DNA from: Candidatus Altimarinota bacterium
Lineage (GTDB): Bacteria > Patescibacteriota > Gracilibacteria > UBA1369 > GCA-2718715
DNA length: 64,000 nucleotides
Assembly: GCA_041242255.1 (NCBI GenBank)
Contig: JBESAV010000001.1
Location: 800,001-864,000 of the forward strand
Direction: 5' to 3'
This document shows, piece by piece, positions 29,284 through 39,857 of this stretch. The notes beneath the pieces were generated by a model, which saw only the letters and a list, made by a program, of their open reading frames with translations, was not told the origin of the DNA and made no database searches. Positions within the stretch are counted from its first letter, which is position 1. The number at the start of each line of letters is the position of its first letter. The translations under genes and the position numbers were made by a program.

Positions 29284-30747
29284 TTACAACCTCAAAAGGT
29301 CAAAAACTGTTACCACAAGAATAAAAACCATTAAAGCAAAGAAACCAATTGCATGTATATAAGCTTCAATTTTCCTATTCAAAACCTTACCCCTCAAAGC
29401 TTCAATAATCACAAATAATATTCTCCCCCCATCCAATGCCGGAATAGGCAAAATATTAATCACAGCTAAACTCAAAGATATCAAAGCAATAAAATTCATT
29501 AACTCAGTTCCACCCAACCCAACAAACTCATAACTCAACTTAGCCACTTGTACAGGCCCACCAACCTCATCAGAAACATCAAATCTAAAAATCACATCAC
29601 CTAGAGTAGTAACAAATCCAACAGCAGTAAGCTTAGAAATCTCCCATCCATTCTGTAAAGAAACAAAGGGAGCCTCCCATAAAGCAATATCATAATCAAA
29701 ATCATTTATAGTAAATGGATAATAACTATCAACATAACCAAAACCAATCACAGCCGCCCCATAACTTGGAAGCAAGCTCATACCTACCACACCATCTTCT
29801 CCTGGCGTCATATTAATCCTTAATTCTTCCCCATCTCTAACAAAAACATACTCTATCTCATCGCCGGAACTCTCTCTAGAAATATCTAAGACTGTTTGTC
29901 CACGATTAACATCTACTCCATCAACAGACAACAACCTATCACCTGACATTACACCAGCTTGCATTGCTACACTTTCTGGTAGAATATTATCAACTTCATA
30001 ATCGTAGGGGAAAACCACATCAAACCTTTCCAAATCACCATCCCTCAAAACTACAAACTCCACCTCTTCAGAACTAACAATTCTATTCACAAAAGTTTCT
30101 CTATCAAAAAGTGGCACACCACCCACACTCAATAGTAAATCACCATCCTGAAGATATTCATCCCAAAAACTATCCACACCACCGATTTCCCAAGCAGGTA
30201 ACTCAGTGAAAATATCTAAACTCCCATCTTCTACAAAAGACATTAGAGATTCAGAATCCAGGTTATTATAGGCTTCCTCAACCTGCTCCATAACCTGTTC
30301 TTCAGCTACAAAACCATACTCATAATCAACATACCCTTCTTCAAAAGCATGTTTCAAATCATCTGTGTTTAAGATAAACGGCTCAGAGCCAAACATCAAA
30401 GCTCCAGTAGAAAGTACCCAAAACACCAAAAAATTCATAACTACACCAGCCATCAAAATTTGAATCTTTTGCCATGGAGTTTTAGAAGCAAAACTATCTT
30501 TATCTTTTAAAACTTTCTTATCAAAAGAATCCTCACCATGAAGCTTCACATAACCACCAAAAGGAATAAGGTTTAACTTATACTCTGTATCACCTTTCTT
30601 TTTCTTAAACAAAGTAGGCGGAAATCCGAGTGCAAACTCATGCACCTTAACTCCATTTTTTTTTGCAGCTAAAAAATGCCCCAATTCATGTATAAAAATC
30701 AAAAAAGATAAAATCAAAATGGCACCTAAAATCTGCAAAATAAACAT
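29284..30747 (-). CDS. rseP: RseP/M50 intramembrane metalloprotease with PDZ domains
   Basis: HELGH, IPFGGYV, AGVVMN, GGPV, NILPIPALDGG. Confidence 0.92.
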   Translation of the reverse strand: MFILQILGAILILSFLIFIHELGHFLAAKKNGVKVHEFALGFPPTLFKKKKGDTEYKLNLIPFGGYVKLHGEDSFDKKVLKDKDSFASKTPWQKIQILMAGVVMNFLVFWVLSTGALMFGSEPFILNTDDLKHAFEEGYVDYEYGFVAEEQVMEQVEEAYNNLDSESLMSFVEDGSLDIFTELPAWEIGGVDSFWDEYLQDGDLLLSVGGVPLFDRETFVNRIVSSEEVEFVVLRDGDLERFDVVFPYDYEVDNILPESVAMQAGVMSGDRLLSVDGVDVNRGQTVLDISRESSGDEIEYVFVRDGEELRINMTPGEDGVVGMSLLPSYGAAVIGFGYVDSYYPFTINDFDYDIALWEAPFVSLQNGWEISKLTAVGFVTTLGDVIFRFDVSDEVGGPVQVAKLSYEFVGLGGTELMNFIALISLSLAVINILPIPALDGGRILFVIIEALRGKVLNRKIEAYIHAIGFFALMVFILVVTVFDLLRL

Positions 30748-30756
30748 CAACTAAAA

Positions 30757-31311
30757 TTAAATTTTCATAATTTCCTCTTCTTTCTCCTTACTTAACTTAT
30801 CAATCTCAGCATTCACTTTATCAATCTCATCCTGAACTTGAGACTCCATTCTATTCTGATCATCTTCATTTATCTCATCATCATTCTTCATTCTTTTAAT
30901 AGTCTTCAAAGCATCTTGCCTAGATTGACGAATACTTATACGAGCCTCCTCAGACATTTTTCCAATCAACTTAGTCAAATCTCTACGTCGTTCCTCAGTC
31001 AAATCAGGAAGATTGATAATCAAAACCTCACCATTATTCACAGGATTTAACCCCAAGCCTTCACTTAAAATAGCTTTTGAAATCTCAGGCAACATACCTT
31101 TATCCCAAGGCTTTATTACAATAGTCTTAGCATCTTGTACCGTTAATTGAGCAACATTCTTAACTGGTTGTTTTACTCCATAAGATTCAACCATAATATC
31201 TTCAAATAAAGCAGTTTGAGCTCTTCCGGTTTGTAATTTTGAAAGCTCACCCTTAAAAAATTCTAAAGTTTTACTAAAGTCACTCTTCATATCTGAAACA
31301 ACAGAATTCAT
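30757..31311 (-). CDS. frr: Ribosome recycling factor
   Basis: TGRA, GLNP, PDLTEERRRDL, EEARISIRQSR. Confidence 0.95.
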   Translation of the reverse strand: MNSVVSDMKSDFSKTLEFFKGELSKLQTGRAQTALFEDIMVESYGVKQPVKNVAQLTVQDAKTIVIKPWDKGMLPEISKAILSEGLGLNPVNNGEVLIINLPDLTEERRRDLTKLIGKMSEEARISIRQSRQDALKTIKRMKNDDEINEDDQNRMESQVQDEIDKVNAEIDKLSKEKEEEIMKI

Positions 31312-31323
31312 ATATTTTATTAA

Positions 31324-32034
31324 TTAATTATTTGTCTCAACAATAGTGCTTAATTCCTTATCTGTAAACACATTCAAAAGATTCTCAGGTTTACTAAAAT
31401 CAAAAACTATTATCTTTAAATTATTATCACGAGCCATACTCATCGCAGTTAAATCCATCACTTGTAATTCATCCACAATCGCTTGCTGATGAGTAACATA
31501 ATCATATTTCTGAGCATCTTCGTGCTTAACGGGATCTTTATCAAAAACACCTGGAACTTTAGTTGCTTTCAACAGCAAATCAGACTCCATCTCTAAAGCT
31601 CTCAAAACCGCACAAGAATCAGTAGTATAAAATGGATTACCAGTTCCTCCAGCAAAAACTATAGTCTCACCAAACTCAAGCAACTCCAAAGCCTCAGAGG
31701 TTTTCTTTTTACCGACTAGATTTTCTACTTCCACAGCTGAGACAACTCGCGCGTCATCACCGACGGACTTCAAAGCTTCAGAAAACAAAACTCCATTCAT
31801 AACAGTTGCAGTCATCCCTAACCTATCTGAAGTTACTCTAGGAAGATCCAAACCAGAGTTATCTCTATATCTCCAGATATTACCTCCGCCAACTACTATA
31901 GAAAGTTCCAAATCATTCTCACTTTTAAATTCATAAACTTTTTTTGCAATTCCAACAATTCTTCCGTAATCAAAACTACCATCAGAAGCCCCAAACAGCT
32001 CACCTGATACTTTTAGTAAAACCCTTTTATACAT
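31324..32034 (-). CDS. pyrH: UMP kinase
   Basis: RVLLKVSGE, VGGGNIWR, GTGNPFYTTD, VMDLTA. Confidence 0.95.
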   Translation of the reverse strand: MYKRVLLKVSGELFGASDGSFDYGRIVGIAKKVYEFKSENDLELSIVVGGGNIWRYRDNSGLDLPRVTSDRLGMTATVMNGVLFSEALKSVGDDARVVSAVEVENLVGKKKTSEALELLEFGETIVFAGGTGNPFYTTDSCAVLRALEMESDLLLKATKVPGVFDKDPVKHEDAQKYDYVTHQQAIVDELQVMDLTAMSMARDNNLKIIVFDFSKPENLLNVFTDKELSTIVETNN

Positions 32035-32035
32035 A

Positions 32036-32434
32036 TTAATTTATATAGATTAAAAACAATATAAATGAAATTAAGATACCAATCAAAATCCCAGTTAAAA
32101 CATTAGAAGTAGAACCTTCATCATCAGCCAACTCTTCGTCTTTCTTTGACTCGCCTGCGAGCTCAACCAAGAAATCAGCATCCAAAACAATATCTTCGTC
32201 TTTATATAACCCCATCAAATCATCAAAATCTCTTGATATAATTAGTTTTAAGAACTTAGAGAACTTTAATCTGATCAACCCCTTACTCAAAACCTGCATG
32301 TCATCTCCTTTTCCAGAATCAATGTGACTCACCTCAAACCCAGCATCCTCTAAGCTACCTAAAGTTTTATCCTGTTTACCAATTTTCTTAACTTTCTTCA
32401 CAGGAATTTTTATAGCCTTATCTTTTTTACTCAT
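32036..32434 (-). CDS. Hypothetical protein with C-terminal TM helix
   Basis: 132 aa; hydrophobic tail GILIGILISFILFLI. Confidence 0.7.
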   Translation of the reverse strand: MSKKDKAIKIPVKKVKKIGKQDKTLGSLEDAGFEVSHIDSGKGDDMQVLSKGLIRLKFSKFLKLIISRDFDDLMGLYKDEDIVLDADFLVELAGESKKDEELADDEGSTSNVLTGILIGILISFILFLIYIN

Positions 32435-32497
32435 ATTAATGAATTTATTTCTAGAAGATTACAACAATCAAACAAGATTGAAACAAACTCAACTTTA

Positions 32498-34984
32498 CTA
32501 ATCCTTCACATCAAGCCTACGAACATCCTCATATCGAATCTTAAACATAGTATTAACTATATTTGTATCGATACTAGCAAGCAGCAATTGAAATCTTCTA
32601 TATGCCTCATCTTTGTACACCAATAACGGATTCTTCTGACCATAGGCCTGAAGCGCTACATTTTGCCTTAGATGTTGCATATCTTCAATATGCTCCATCC
32701 ATAGTCGATCAATAACTGACAATGCAACCTCCCTTTCAATATCTCTTAAAATAGATCCATCCACCAACCTCTTCTCAATTTCTCTATAAGCTTTAACCAA
32801 GAAGTCACCAATATAATCACTTAACTCATCTCCAACTCTATTCATATCCGACGCTCTCACATTAACTAGCGCACCTTCAGTCTCATCCGCCTCAACACCA
32901 GAAACCTCAAGTAACTTTTCAACTGAAATAGCAACTTCATCATCATGGATCGATCTAACAACCTCAACAATCTCAGCGTAATCATACCCATCTGGTAAAC
33001 GATGATTCATTACAATATTTTTAGCCTCCGCTCTAAATCTAGCAATAGTCTCTTCACTTAAGTCACCACCAAACAGTATCTCCCTTCTCTTAGAATAAAC
33101 AATCTCCCTGTGGTAATTCATCACATCATCATACTCTACAATATGCTTCCTCATATCAAAGTTTCTACCCTCAACTCTCTTCTGAGCACTTTCAATACTC
33201 TTAGATATGATTCGACTTTCTACAGGCATATCTTCAGGAACATTCATAGATTCCATAATTTTTTTCATACGATCACCACCAAAAATTCTCATCAAGTCAT
33301 CTTCCATTGATATATAGAACTGACTCACCCCAGGGTCACCCTGACGTCCAGAACGACCTCTCAACTGATTATCAATCCTTCTACTTTCATGTCTTTCAGT
33401 CCCGATCACATACAAACCACCAAGCTTCTTCACACCATCACCCAACTTAATATCAGTACCTCGTCCAGCCATGTTCGTTGCAATCGTCACAGCCCCTTGA
33501 TGTCCAGCGTCCGCTACAATATCGGCCTCTTTCTCATGATGCTTAGCATTCAAAACTTTATGCTTAACACCATGAATCTTCAAAAGCTTACTTAAGGCCT
33601 CAGACTTCTCCACCGAAACAGTACCAATCAATACCGGTTGGCCTTTTTTATTTATTTCTTTTACATCTTTTGCCACTGCTTTCAACTTACCAGCATAAGA
33701 CTTGTAAATAACATCAGACTTATCGTCTCTCTTGATTGGTCTATGAGTTGGAATAGATACAACCTCTAAACCATAAATCTTATAAAACTCCTCTTCTTCA
33801 GTTTTCGCAGTACCCGTCATCCCAGCAAGCTTATCAAAAAGCCTAAAGTAATTCTGGAATGTAACCGTAGCCAAAGTTTTACTTTCTCTTTTAACCTCAA
33901 CTTTCTCTTTTGCCTCAATTGCCTGATGTAAACCATTACTATATCTTCTACCTTTCATCAAACGTCCAGTAAACTCATCAACAATCATCACCTCACCATC
34001 CTTAACCATGTAATCAACATCTTTCTTAAACAAAGCCTGAGCCTTCAAAGCTTGCTCAATGTAATGAACAGTTTGGAATCCACCTTCCTCATAAATATTA
34101 TCCATACCCAAAAGTTTCTCCATCTTCTCAATACCTTCTTCAGTCAAAGTTGCAGACTTCATTTTCTCATCAACATTGTAATCTTCATTCTCAACTAACT
34201 GCTTCACTAGAGTTGAAAATCTAGCATATTGCTCAGTATCAGCTGATGCCGGTGCAGAAATAATCAATGGGGTACGCGCCTCATCTATTAAGATTGAATC
34301 AACCTCATCCACAATTGCATAAGCCAAATTTCTCTGAACAACACGCTCTTTTTGCGTCGCCATGTTATCTCTCAAATAATCAAAACCAAATTCATTGTTT
34401 GTTCCATAAACGATATCTCTACTATAAATATCTTTTTTCACATCTGGCTGCTGTCCAGTCAAAATTGTCCCAACGCTCATTCCCAAAAACTCATACAAAC
34501 CAGCCATCCACTCTGCATCACGCTGTGCTAGGTACTCATTTACTGTAACCACAAAAACTCCCTTACCAGTCAAAGCATTCAAGAAAACTGGACATGTACA
34601 CACTAACGTCTTCCCTTCCCCAGTTCTCATCTCTGCAATTTTTCCTTGATGCATTACTATTCCACCAATTAACTGAACATCATAATGAACCATATCCCAA
34701 GTCACCTCTTCCCCTCTCACATCCCAGGACTCTCCTTTCAAAAACTTGGCCGCAGCCTTCACCAAACCAAAAGCCTCTGGCAGAACATGATCTAAAGACT
34801 CTCCCTTTTCCTGAACTCTTTCTTTCAATTTTTCAGTAACTTCTAAGAAATCTTCTCTTTTCTTCAAATTCTCAGAATAATTCTCAAACCAATAATTTAT
34901 CTCTGGAACAATTTTCTCTGCACGTTTAATATTTCGCTTATTTGCATCCCCTGCAAGCATTTCAGCTATCTTTCTTATAACCAT
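32498..34984 (-). CDS. secA: Preprotein translocase ATPase SecA
   Basis: EMRTGEGKT, DEVDSILIDEARTPLIIS, ATNMAGRGTDI, QLRGRSGRQGDPG; no C-terminal SEC-C motif. Confidence 0.97.
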   Translation of the reverse strand: MVIRKIAEMLAGDANKRNIKRAEKIVPEINYWFENYSENLKKREDFLEVTEKLKERVQEKGESLDHVLPEAFGLVKAAAKFLKGESWDVRGEEVTWDMVHYDVQLIGGIVMHQGKIAEMRTGEGKTLVCTCPVFLNALTGKGVFVVTVNEYLAQRDAEWMAGLYEFLGMSVGTILTGQQPDVKKDIYSRDIVYGTNNEFGFDYLRDNMATQKERVVQRNLAYAIVDEVDSILIDEARTPLIISAPASADTEQYARFSTLVKQLVENEDYNVDEKMKSATLTEEGIEKMEKLLGMDNIYEEGGFQTVHYIEQALKAQALFKKDVDYMVKDGEVMIVDEFTGRLMKGRRYSNGLHQAIEAKEKVEVKRESKTLATVTFQNYFRLFDKLAGMTGTAKTEEEEFYKIYGLEVVSIPTHRPIKRDDKSDVIYKSYAGKLKAVAKDVKEINKKGQPVLIGTVSVEKSEALSKLLKIHGVKHKVLNAKHHEKEADIVADAGHQGAVTIATNMAGRGTDIKLGDGVKKLGGLYVIGTERHESRRIDNQLRGRSGRQGDPGVSQFYISMEDDLMRIFGGDRMKKIMESMNVPEDMPVESRIISKSIESAQKRVEGRNFDMRKHIVEYDDVMNYHREIVYSKRREILFGGDLSEETIARFRAEAKNIVMNHRLPDGYDYAEIVEVVRSIHDDEVAISVEKLLEVSGVEADETEGALVNVRASDMNRVGDELSDYIGDFLVKAYREIEKRLVDGSILRDIEREVALSVIDRLWMEHIEDMQHLRQNVALQAYGQKNPLLVYKDEAYRRFQLLLASIDTNIVNTMFKIRYEDVRRLDVKD

Positions 34985-35046
34985 CTAACCTCATTAATTT
35001 TTAACAAAAACAACATACTCCTTTTCCAAAGATATGTTAAGAAACT

Positions 35047-35637
35047 TTACTTAAATCTAAATCTAATATCTTGAATAATATTACTAATAGCCCGACTATG
35101 CTTTTTCATAACATTCTCAAAAGAATGCTTTATAACAAAACCAACTCCAATTTTTAAAATCATGTTATTCGTATACCCAGCTCTCTCCTGCAAAACCTTT
35201 AAGTCAATCACACCACCCTTAGTAATAACATCAATCCCAATCACATACAAAAAATCCTCAGAGAAAGAATTTAATACAGATTCTTTTGTAAAGTCTTCTT
35301 GGTCAAAAAAACATTTAGTTAATGCTATCGCCCATTCTTTCTTTTCATCAGATTCAAAAACTGCATTCTCTAATTCAATCTTAGACTCCAAACATTTTGC
35401 AACTTTATCTTTTTTATAATTTAAACGAGAAATATCCAACAACGACCTTGAATCAACCGAAGGATCCAAAATCATATCACAAACTTCACCCAAACTCATA
35501 CCAGTATGGTTTTCAAGTCCACTTTCTGAATTAGGGATATATTCCTGACTTTCATTAACATCAATATCTCGAAAATCAATTTGATATCTATCTTTAAAAC
35601 CTTTTTCAGACATTTCTATTTTGTTTATTTTCACCAT
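35047..35637 (-). CDS. Hypothetical protein
   Basis: 196-aa ORF between the sugar transferase and secA; start may be the Met at aa 9. Confidence 0.6.
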   Translation of the reverse strand: MVKINKIEMSEKGFKDRYQIDFRDIDVNESQEYIPNSESGLENHTGMSLGEVCDMILDPSVDSRSLLDISRLNYKKDKVAKCLESKIELENAVFESDEKKEWAIALTKCFFDQEDFTKESVLNSFSEDFLYVIGIDVITKGGVIDLKVLQERAGYTNNMILKIGVGFVIKHSFENVMKKHSRAISNIIQDIRFRFK

Positions 35638-37066
35638 GAGACTGAAACACTACAAGCAAGGTTCTCAGTAAAATCTTAATATCCAACCACAAACTCCAAT
35701 TCTCAATGTAATAAGAATCAAGCTTAACCTCATTCTCAAAACTCAAATCAGATCTACCACTTATTTGAGCCAACCCTGTAACACCAGGCTTAATATTAAA
35801 AACAAACCTATGATGATCTTTATAACGGGCCACCTCCTCAGGCAGATGAGGCCTCGGACCAACTAAACTCATATTCCCAATCAACACATTCAAAAGCTGA
35901 GGCAATTCATCTATATCAAATCTTCTCAAAAATTTACCGATACGAGTAATCCGAGGATCGTCACCAATCTTTACAAGCTCATCTCCTCGGATATCTTTAT
36001 CCGCAAGTTCACCATACCTCATCATATGAGATTTAGGCTTCATAGTCCTAAACTTAAAACAATAAAACAATCTCTTCATATACCCCACTCTTTTAACAAC
36101 CGTTTCTCCATCGTCCAAGTAATACCAAAGCACCGTAGACTTAGGATCATCCAACTTTATCAACACAGAAACAACCAAAAACAAAGGACTCAACACAATC
36201 AACCCAATCAAGGAAACAATAAAATCAAAACCTCTTTTCATAACTCTCCCCCAACCTTGAAGTCTTGTATTTTGCATTTCAAAAATAGGCAAATCCCCAA
36301 CTTGGTGCATATTCACATTATGCCTTTGAATATCAAAAACCTCAGGAACATAAGAATAAACCTTTTGATTATATCTACAAAAACTCAATATATCTTCATT
36401 CAAATTCTCATGATCACAAACTCCGATCTGCATAACTTCATCAAATTCTAAACTATCTAAAGCTACAACCAAGTCATCTAGTCCACCAAGTTGCTTAATT
36501 CCATTAACAGAAAGTTTCTTATCAGAAAAATAACCAATCACCTTATATTCTTCAGTTTCATTTAAATCTTTAAGCACATCAGAAAGTATATTTTTATCCA
36601 TCGAAACCAGAACCAATCTCTTAACTCCAACTCCCCTACTCAACAAATACCTCCTCAACTTCCAAATAATACCTCTAAAAACACCCAAAAATACAAAACT
36701 CAAAAAGACATTAAAAACAATCACAAATCTTGAGAATGGAAATGCTCTCTGGAAAAAGTAAAAAAGAACCACCAAAGCAAACCATGACAAACAAGACCTC
36801 AATACACTTTTCAGTTCACGCCAAAAAGATCTTCTCTCCAATGCATAAAGACCAGTGAATACAAAAACTACTATAAAACTTATCGAAGCCCTTACACTCC
36901 AAAACCTAAATTCATCCCAAGACTTATATAAAGAGTAATCAACAGTATCAAAAAACCCAAAAACTCCACTCTGTCTCAAAAAATATGTAACCACAAAAGC
37001 CAACCAAACCAAAAGCAAATCCCCAACTATCTTCCCTATCGCTAAGTTAAGTTCGGTTTTCTTCAT
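35606..37066 (-). CDS. Polyprenyl-phosphate sugar phosphotransferase (WcaJ/WbaP family)
   Basis: N-terminal TMs, KRGFD, FKFRTM, DPRITRIG, DELPQL..GNMSLVGPRP, KPGVTGLAQ. Confidence 0.92.
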   Translation of the reverse strand: MKKTELNLAIGKIVGDLLLVWLAFVVTYFLRQSGVFGFFDTVDYSLYKSWDEFRFWSVRASISFIVVFVFTGLYALERRSFWRELKSVLRSCLSWFALVVLFYFFQRAFPFSRFVIVFNVFLSFVFLGVFRGIIWKLRRYLLSRGVGVKRLVLVSMDKNILSDVLKDLNETEEYKVIGYFSDKKLSVNGIKQLGGLDDLVVALDSLEFDEVMQIGVCDHENLNEDILSFCRYNQKVYSYVPEVFDIQRHNVNMHQVGDLPIFEMQNTRLQGWGRVMKRGFDFIVSLIGLIVLSPLFLVVSVLIKLDDPKSTVLWYYLDDGETVVKRVGYMKRLFYCFKFRTMKPKSHMMRYGELADKDIRGDELVKIGDDPRITRIGKFLRRFDIDELPQLLNVLIGNMSLVGPRPHLPEEVARYKDHHRFVFNIKPGVTGLAQISGRSDLSFENEVKLDSYYIENWSLWLDIKILLRTLLVVFQSHGENKQNRNV

Positions 37067-37121
37067 TTGGCATATTTATTTGTGCCGATTCTAAAGATTA
37101 ATTTCAATTTTTCAAGTAATT

Positions 37122-37482
37122 GCCCCTTGAAATAAGCCGGATTCTGTTACCAAAAGGTAGTGGTTATTTATCTAGGACTAGCCTCGCGACTAACCTCCTG
37201 CACCAGGCAACAGTAGACTAGAGAAATATAGTTAAATCTACCATTCCCATCCTGGCTTGCATCAGATAGGGTTTACCAGCTACTACTTGTCACCAAGTAG
37301 GCCCGATCTAAGATCAGCTTTTCACCTTTCACTCCGAAGAGCTAGTATTGTCTCTGCGGCACTTTCCCTAATTACAACTCGTAAAACTAATTGTAACCGG
37401 CAGACGTTATCTGCTATCCATTTCTCTGATGTCCGGACTTTCCTCTGACCTAAAAATAGACCAGCAACCACTTTCAAGGAGC
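37122..37482 (-). ncRNA. rnpB: RNase P RNA
   Basis: Minus strand GAGGAAAGTCCGG near the 5' end and ACAGAATCCGGCTTAT near the 3' end; P1 pairing GCTCCTTGAAA / TTTCAAGGGGC. Confidence 0.95.
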
Positions 37483-37488
37483 CCTCCT

Positions 37489-37517
37489 ACTATAACACAA
37501 ATCCAAAGCCAATCAAG
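37489..37517 (-). promoter_or_regulatory. rnpB promoter CTTGATT-16bp-TATAGT
   Basis: -35 at 37516-37511, -10 at 37494-37489, ~6 nt before the RNA 5' end. Confidence 0.7.
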
Positions 37518-37589
37518 ATCCAACCGAAACGTAACTTCTAAGCTTTCGTATAAATGGTAGCATATGCAAAGTATTAACTAATATACAAT

Positions 37590-39794
37590 ATGAGTAAATT
37601 ACGAAATCTATCGTTACTTACGATGATAACTCTCCTTGTAGGTCAGTTGGGAGCTTCAGCTTTCACTCCTTACCAAGTCGAGAACAAAGCAAAAGTCCTC
37701 CTTTACTGGGGTGACATTCAAGAAAATATAACTGCAGGTACCAACAAAGACTTTGATGGTACTATTCAAGGTAAAGACGGAAGAGTTTTAGCTCTTCAAT
37801 CAGTAGCCTTCGAATCAAATGATGAAATTAATCAAAAAGATTCTAGAGCCACTGGACAAGTTGAGTTCGAATCAACAATCCAAGCCGGAGTTGATGGACT
37901 ACTACTACTTATCAGCGAAAATGAAACAGAATTAGAAATCACAACTAATGAACTTGGTACACAAACCATTGATATAAGTGATCTTATTTCAAATGATTTT
38001 GAGTTCACATCAGGAGATATGGGAATCGCAGCTCAATACTTAGGAAAAGACTTTCTAAACACTCCAGAAAACCCAAGTACAACTGGAGCATTCTCAGATA
38101 CTCCTAGCTCAGAATGGTACTTCAAATACGTTCAACGTATTAAAGATCGCCAAGTCCAAAACCAACCAATCTTTGAAGGTTACAAAACATCTTCAGGGCA
38201 ACTAACTGGTAGATTTGGGCCAGCCGACAACATTACAGTTGGAGAAATGCTGAAAGTAGTATTGAGAGTTTCTGGATTAGATGAAAACAACTCTAATCTA
38301 GACGCATCACTTACTAACTCTACTCACTGGTCAGTAGGATTCCAAAATACTGCAATCAATGAAGGACTTACTATTATGGAAGCTGTAGGAATCGATCCTG
38401 ACAGACCAGTTTCAAGAGGTGAATTTTTCCAAGCTCTATCAGAAGCACAAGGTCTAATGACTGCTCAAAATTTCAACACCTATGATTGTTCAATCACAGA
38501 TTTAGACTTTGAAGACTTAGACAGCAGTAACCCATACACCGAATACGCATGTATCTTAGTAAAAGATGGAGTAATCTCAGGAACAGATGATGGATTCCTA
38601 AATCTTTATAGCAATATCAACAGAGCTGAAGTGGCAAAAATCTTAAACACAGCTTTAGACATCTACGTTGAACAACCAAACAATATCCAGGACGAAATTG
38701 ATAATGTGATCGACCTAGACGAAAGCAATAACTCTACTTCAGGTGGATCAAACTCAGGAAGCAACGGTGGTTCAAACAGTGGTGGAAGTACAACTGCAAC
38801 TATATCTGATGCCATTGTTCAAAACTCTTTACCATCACAACCAGATAGATACTACGAAGTAAGATCAACCAACTCTCTAACTATCGACGAAGTTGATAAT
38901 TCCCTAATTACAATGACTTGGACTAGCCAAGGTCAATCAGTTGCAAACTCTGTAACTGGAGATACTCTATTAGACTCAATTACAGTAAATAACGGAACAA
39001 TCTTACGTATCAAAGCTACAAATATAGATTGGGAAAACGTAGATTACACTCTAGAATTTTTAGAAGGAGCCTTCACATATTCTGATGGTTCTATCAATGC
39101 TGAAAGCACTTTAGTTTTCAATCCAAACTTCGCTACTTCAGGTCCAGCTTTAACATGGGGGACTCAAGAGGTTACCTACAATGACAACGCAATGTTTATA
39201 ACTATTGCGGTTGATGACTCTGTAAATATAGATTTCTCTGATGATCCAAAACAACACTTCAACATCACTAGACCAGAAGGTGTTCCTGCTTTAGCTATTG
39301 CTGTATCTAAAGCTTTTGGTAGCTCAAACGACATACTTCTCGCAATTGATACTGACACTTCATTTACAGAAGGAGAAGCGGGTGGTATCTACAATATCAA
39401 CATAGATGGCCTACAATATCAGTCAGGTCTAGATGTTCCAGTATTCGATAGCACATTTACAATCAACTCGAGAGTAGTAACAGAATTAACTCCAGTAAGT
39501 ACAAATCTAACTAGTTCTAGCCTAGCTTTCAGGCTATCAGGTCCTAATGACAACAAATACCTTAGACTTGATGATTTCGAATTCTTCTTAGAGGAAGTAG
39601 AACAAGTTCAAGGTGGAGGAGTAGACTACAATGATATATCTGACACTCTTAGAGACCCAGTTGTAAATAGTACAACAGGAAATCTAGAAATCAGACAAAA
39701 CCTTCAATGGAATAACGGAAACTATATCCTAACCATCGAAGACACAAGATTCAACGAAACAGAATCATTTAGTTTCACTGTAAACGAACAATAA
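37590..39794 (+). CDS. Secreted S-layer homology (SLH) domain surface protein
   Basis: Signal peptide; FSDTPSSEWY, FGPADNITVGE, PDRPVSRGE, INRAEVAKI; Gly/Ser linker, then beta-rich C-terminus. Confidence 0.85.
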   Translation: MSKLRNLSLLTMITLLVGQLGASAFTPYQVENKAKVLLYWGDIQENITAGTNKDFDGTIQGKDGRVLALQSVAFESNDEINQKDSRATGQVEFESTIQAGVDGLLLLISENETELEITTNELGTQTIDISDLISNDFEFTSGDMGIAAQYLGKDFLNTPENPSTTGAFSDTPSSEWYFKYVQRIKDRQVQNQPIFEGYKTSSGQLTGRFGPADNITVGEMLKVVLRVSGLDENNSNLDASLTNSTHWSVGFQNTAINEGLTIMEAVGIDPDRPVSRGEFFQALSEAQGLMTAQNFNTYDCSITDLDFEDLDSSNPYTEYACILVKDGVISGTDDGFLNLYSNINRAEVAKILNTALDIYVEQPNNIQDEIDNVIDLDESNNSTSGGSNSGSNGGSNSGGSTTATISDAIVQNSLPSQPDRYYEVRSTNSLTIDEVDNSLITMTWTSQGQSVANSVTGDTLLDSITVNNGTILRIKATNIDWENVDYTLEFLEGAFTYSDGSINAESTLVFNPNFATSGPALTWGTQEVTYNDNAMFITIAVDDSVNIDFSDDPKQHFNITRPEGVPALAIAVSKAFGSSNDILLAIDTDTSFTEGEAGGIYNINIDGLQYQSGLDVPVFDSTFTINSRVVTELTPVSTNLTSSSLAFRLSGPNDNKYLRLDDFEFFLEEVEQVQGGGVDYNDISDTLRDPVVNSTTGNLEIRQNLQWNNGNYILTIEDTRFNETESFSFTVNEQ

Positions 39795-39799
39795 AACTC

Positions 39800-39834
39800 A
39801 AAAGACCACTCCTTAAACTGGGTGGTCTTTTTTT
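39800..39834. terminator. Rho-independent terminator (likely bidirectional)
   Basis: AAAAGACCACT-loop-GGTGGTCTTTTTTT. Confidence 0.8.
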
Positions 39835-39857
39835 ATGTTTGAATTTTCACTCAAGCT

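Noticed and set aside
37257-37448. 63-aa plus-strand ORF
   Set aside because: Antisense to the RNase P RNA
38730-38795. GGSNSG repeats in the SLH protein
   Set aside because: Ordinary low-complexity Gly/Ser linker
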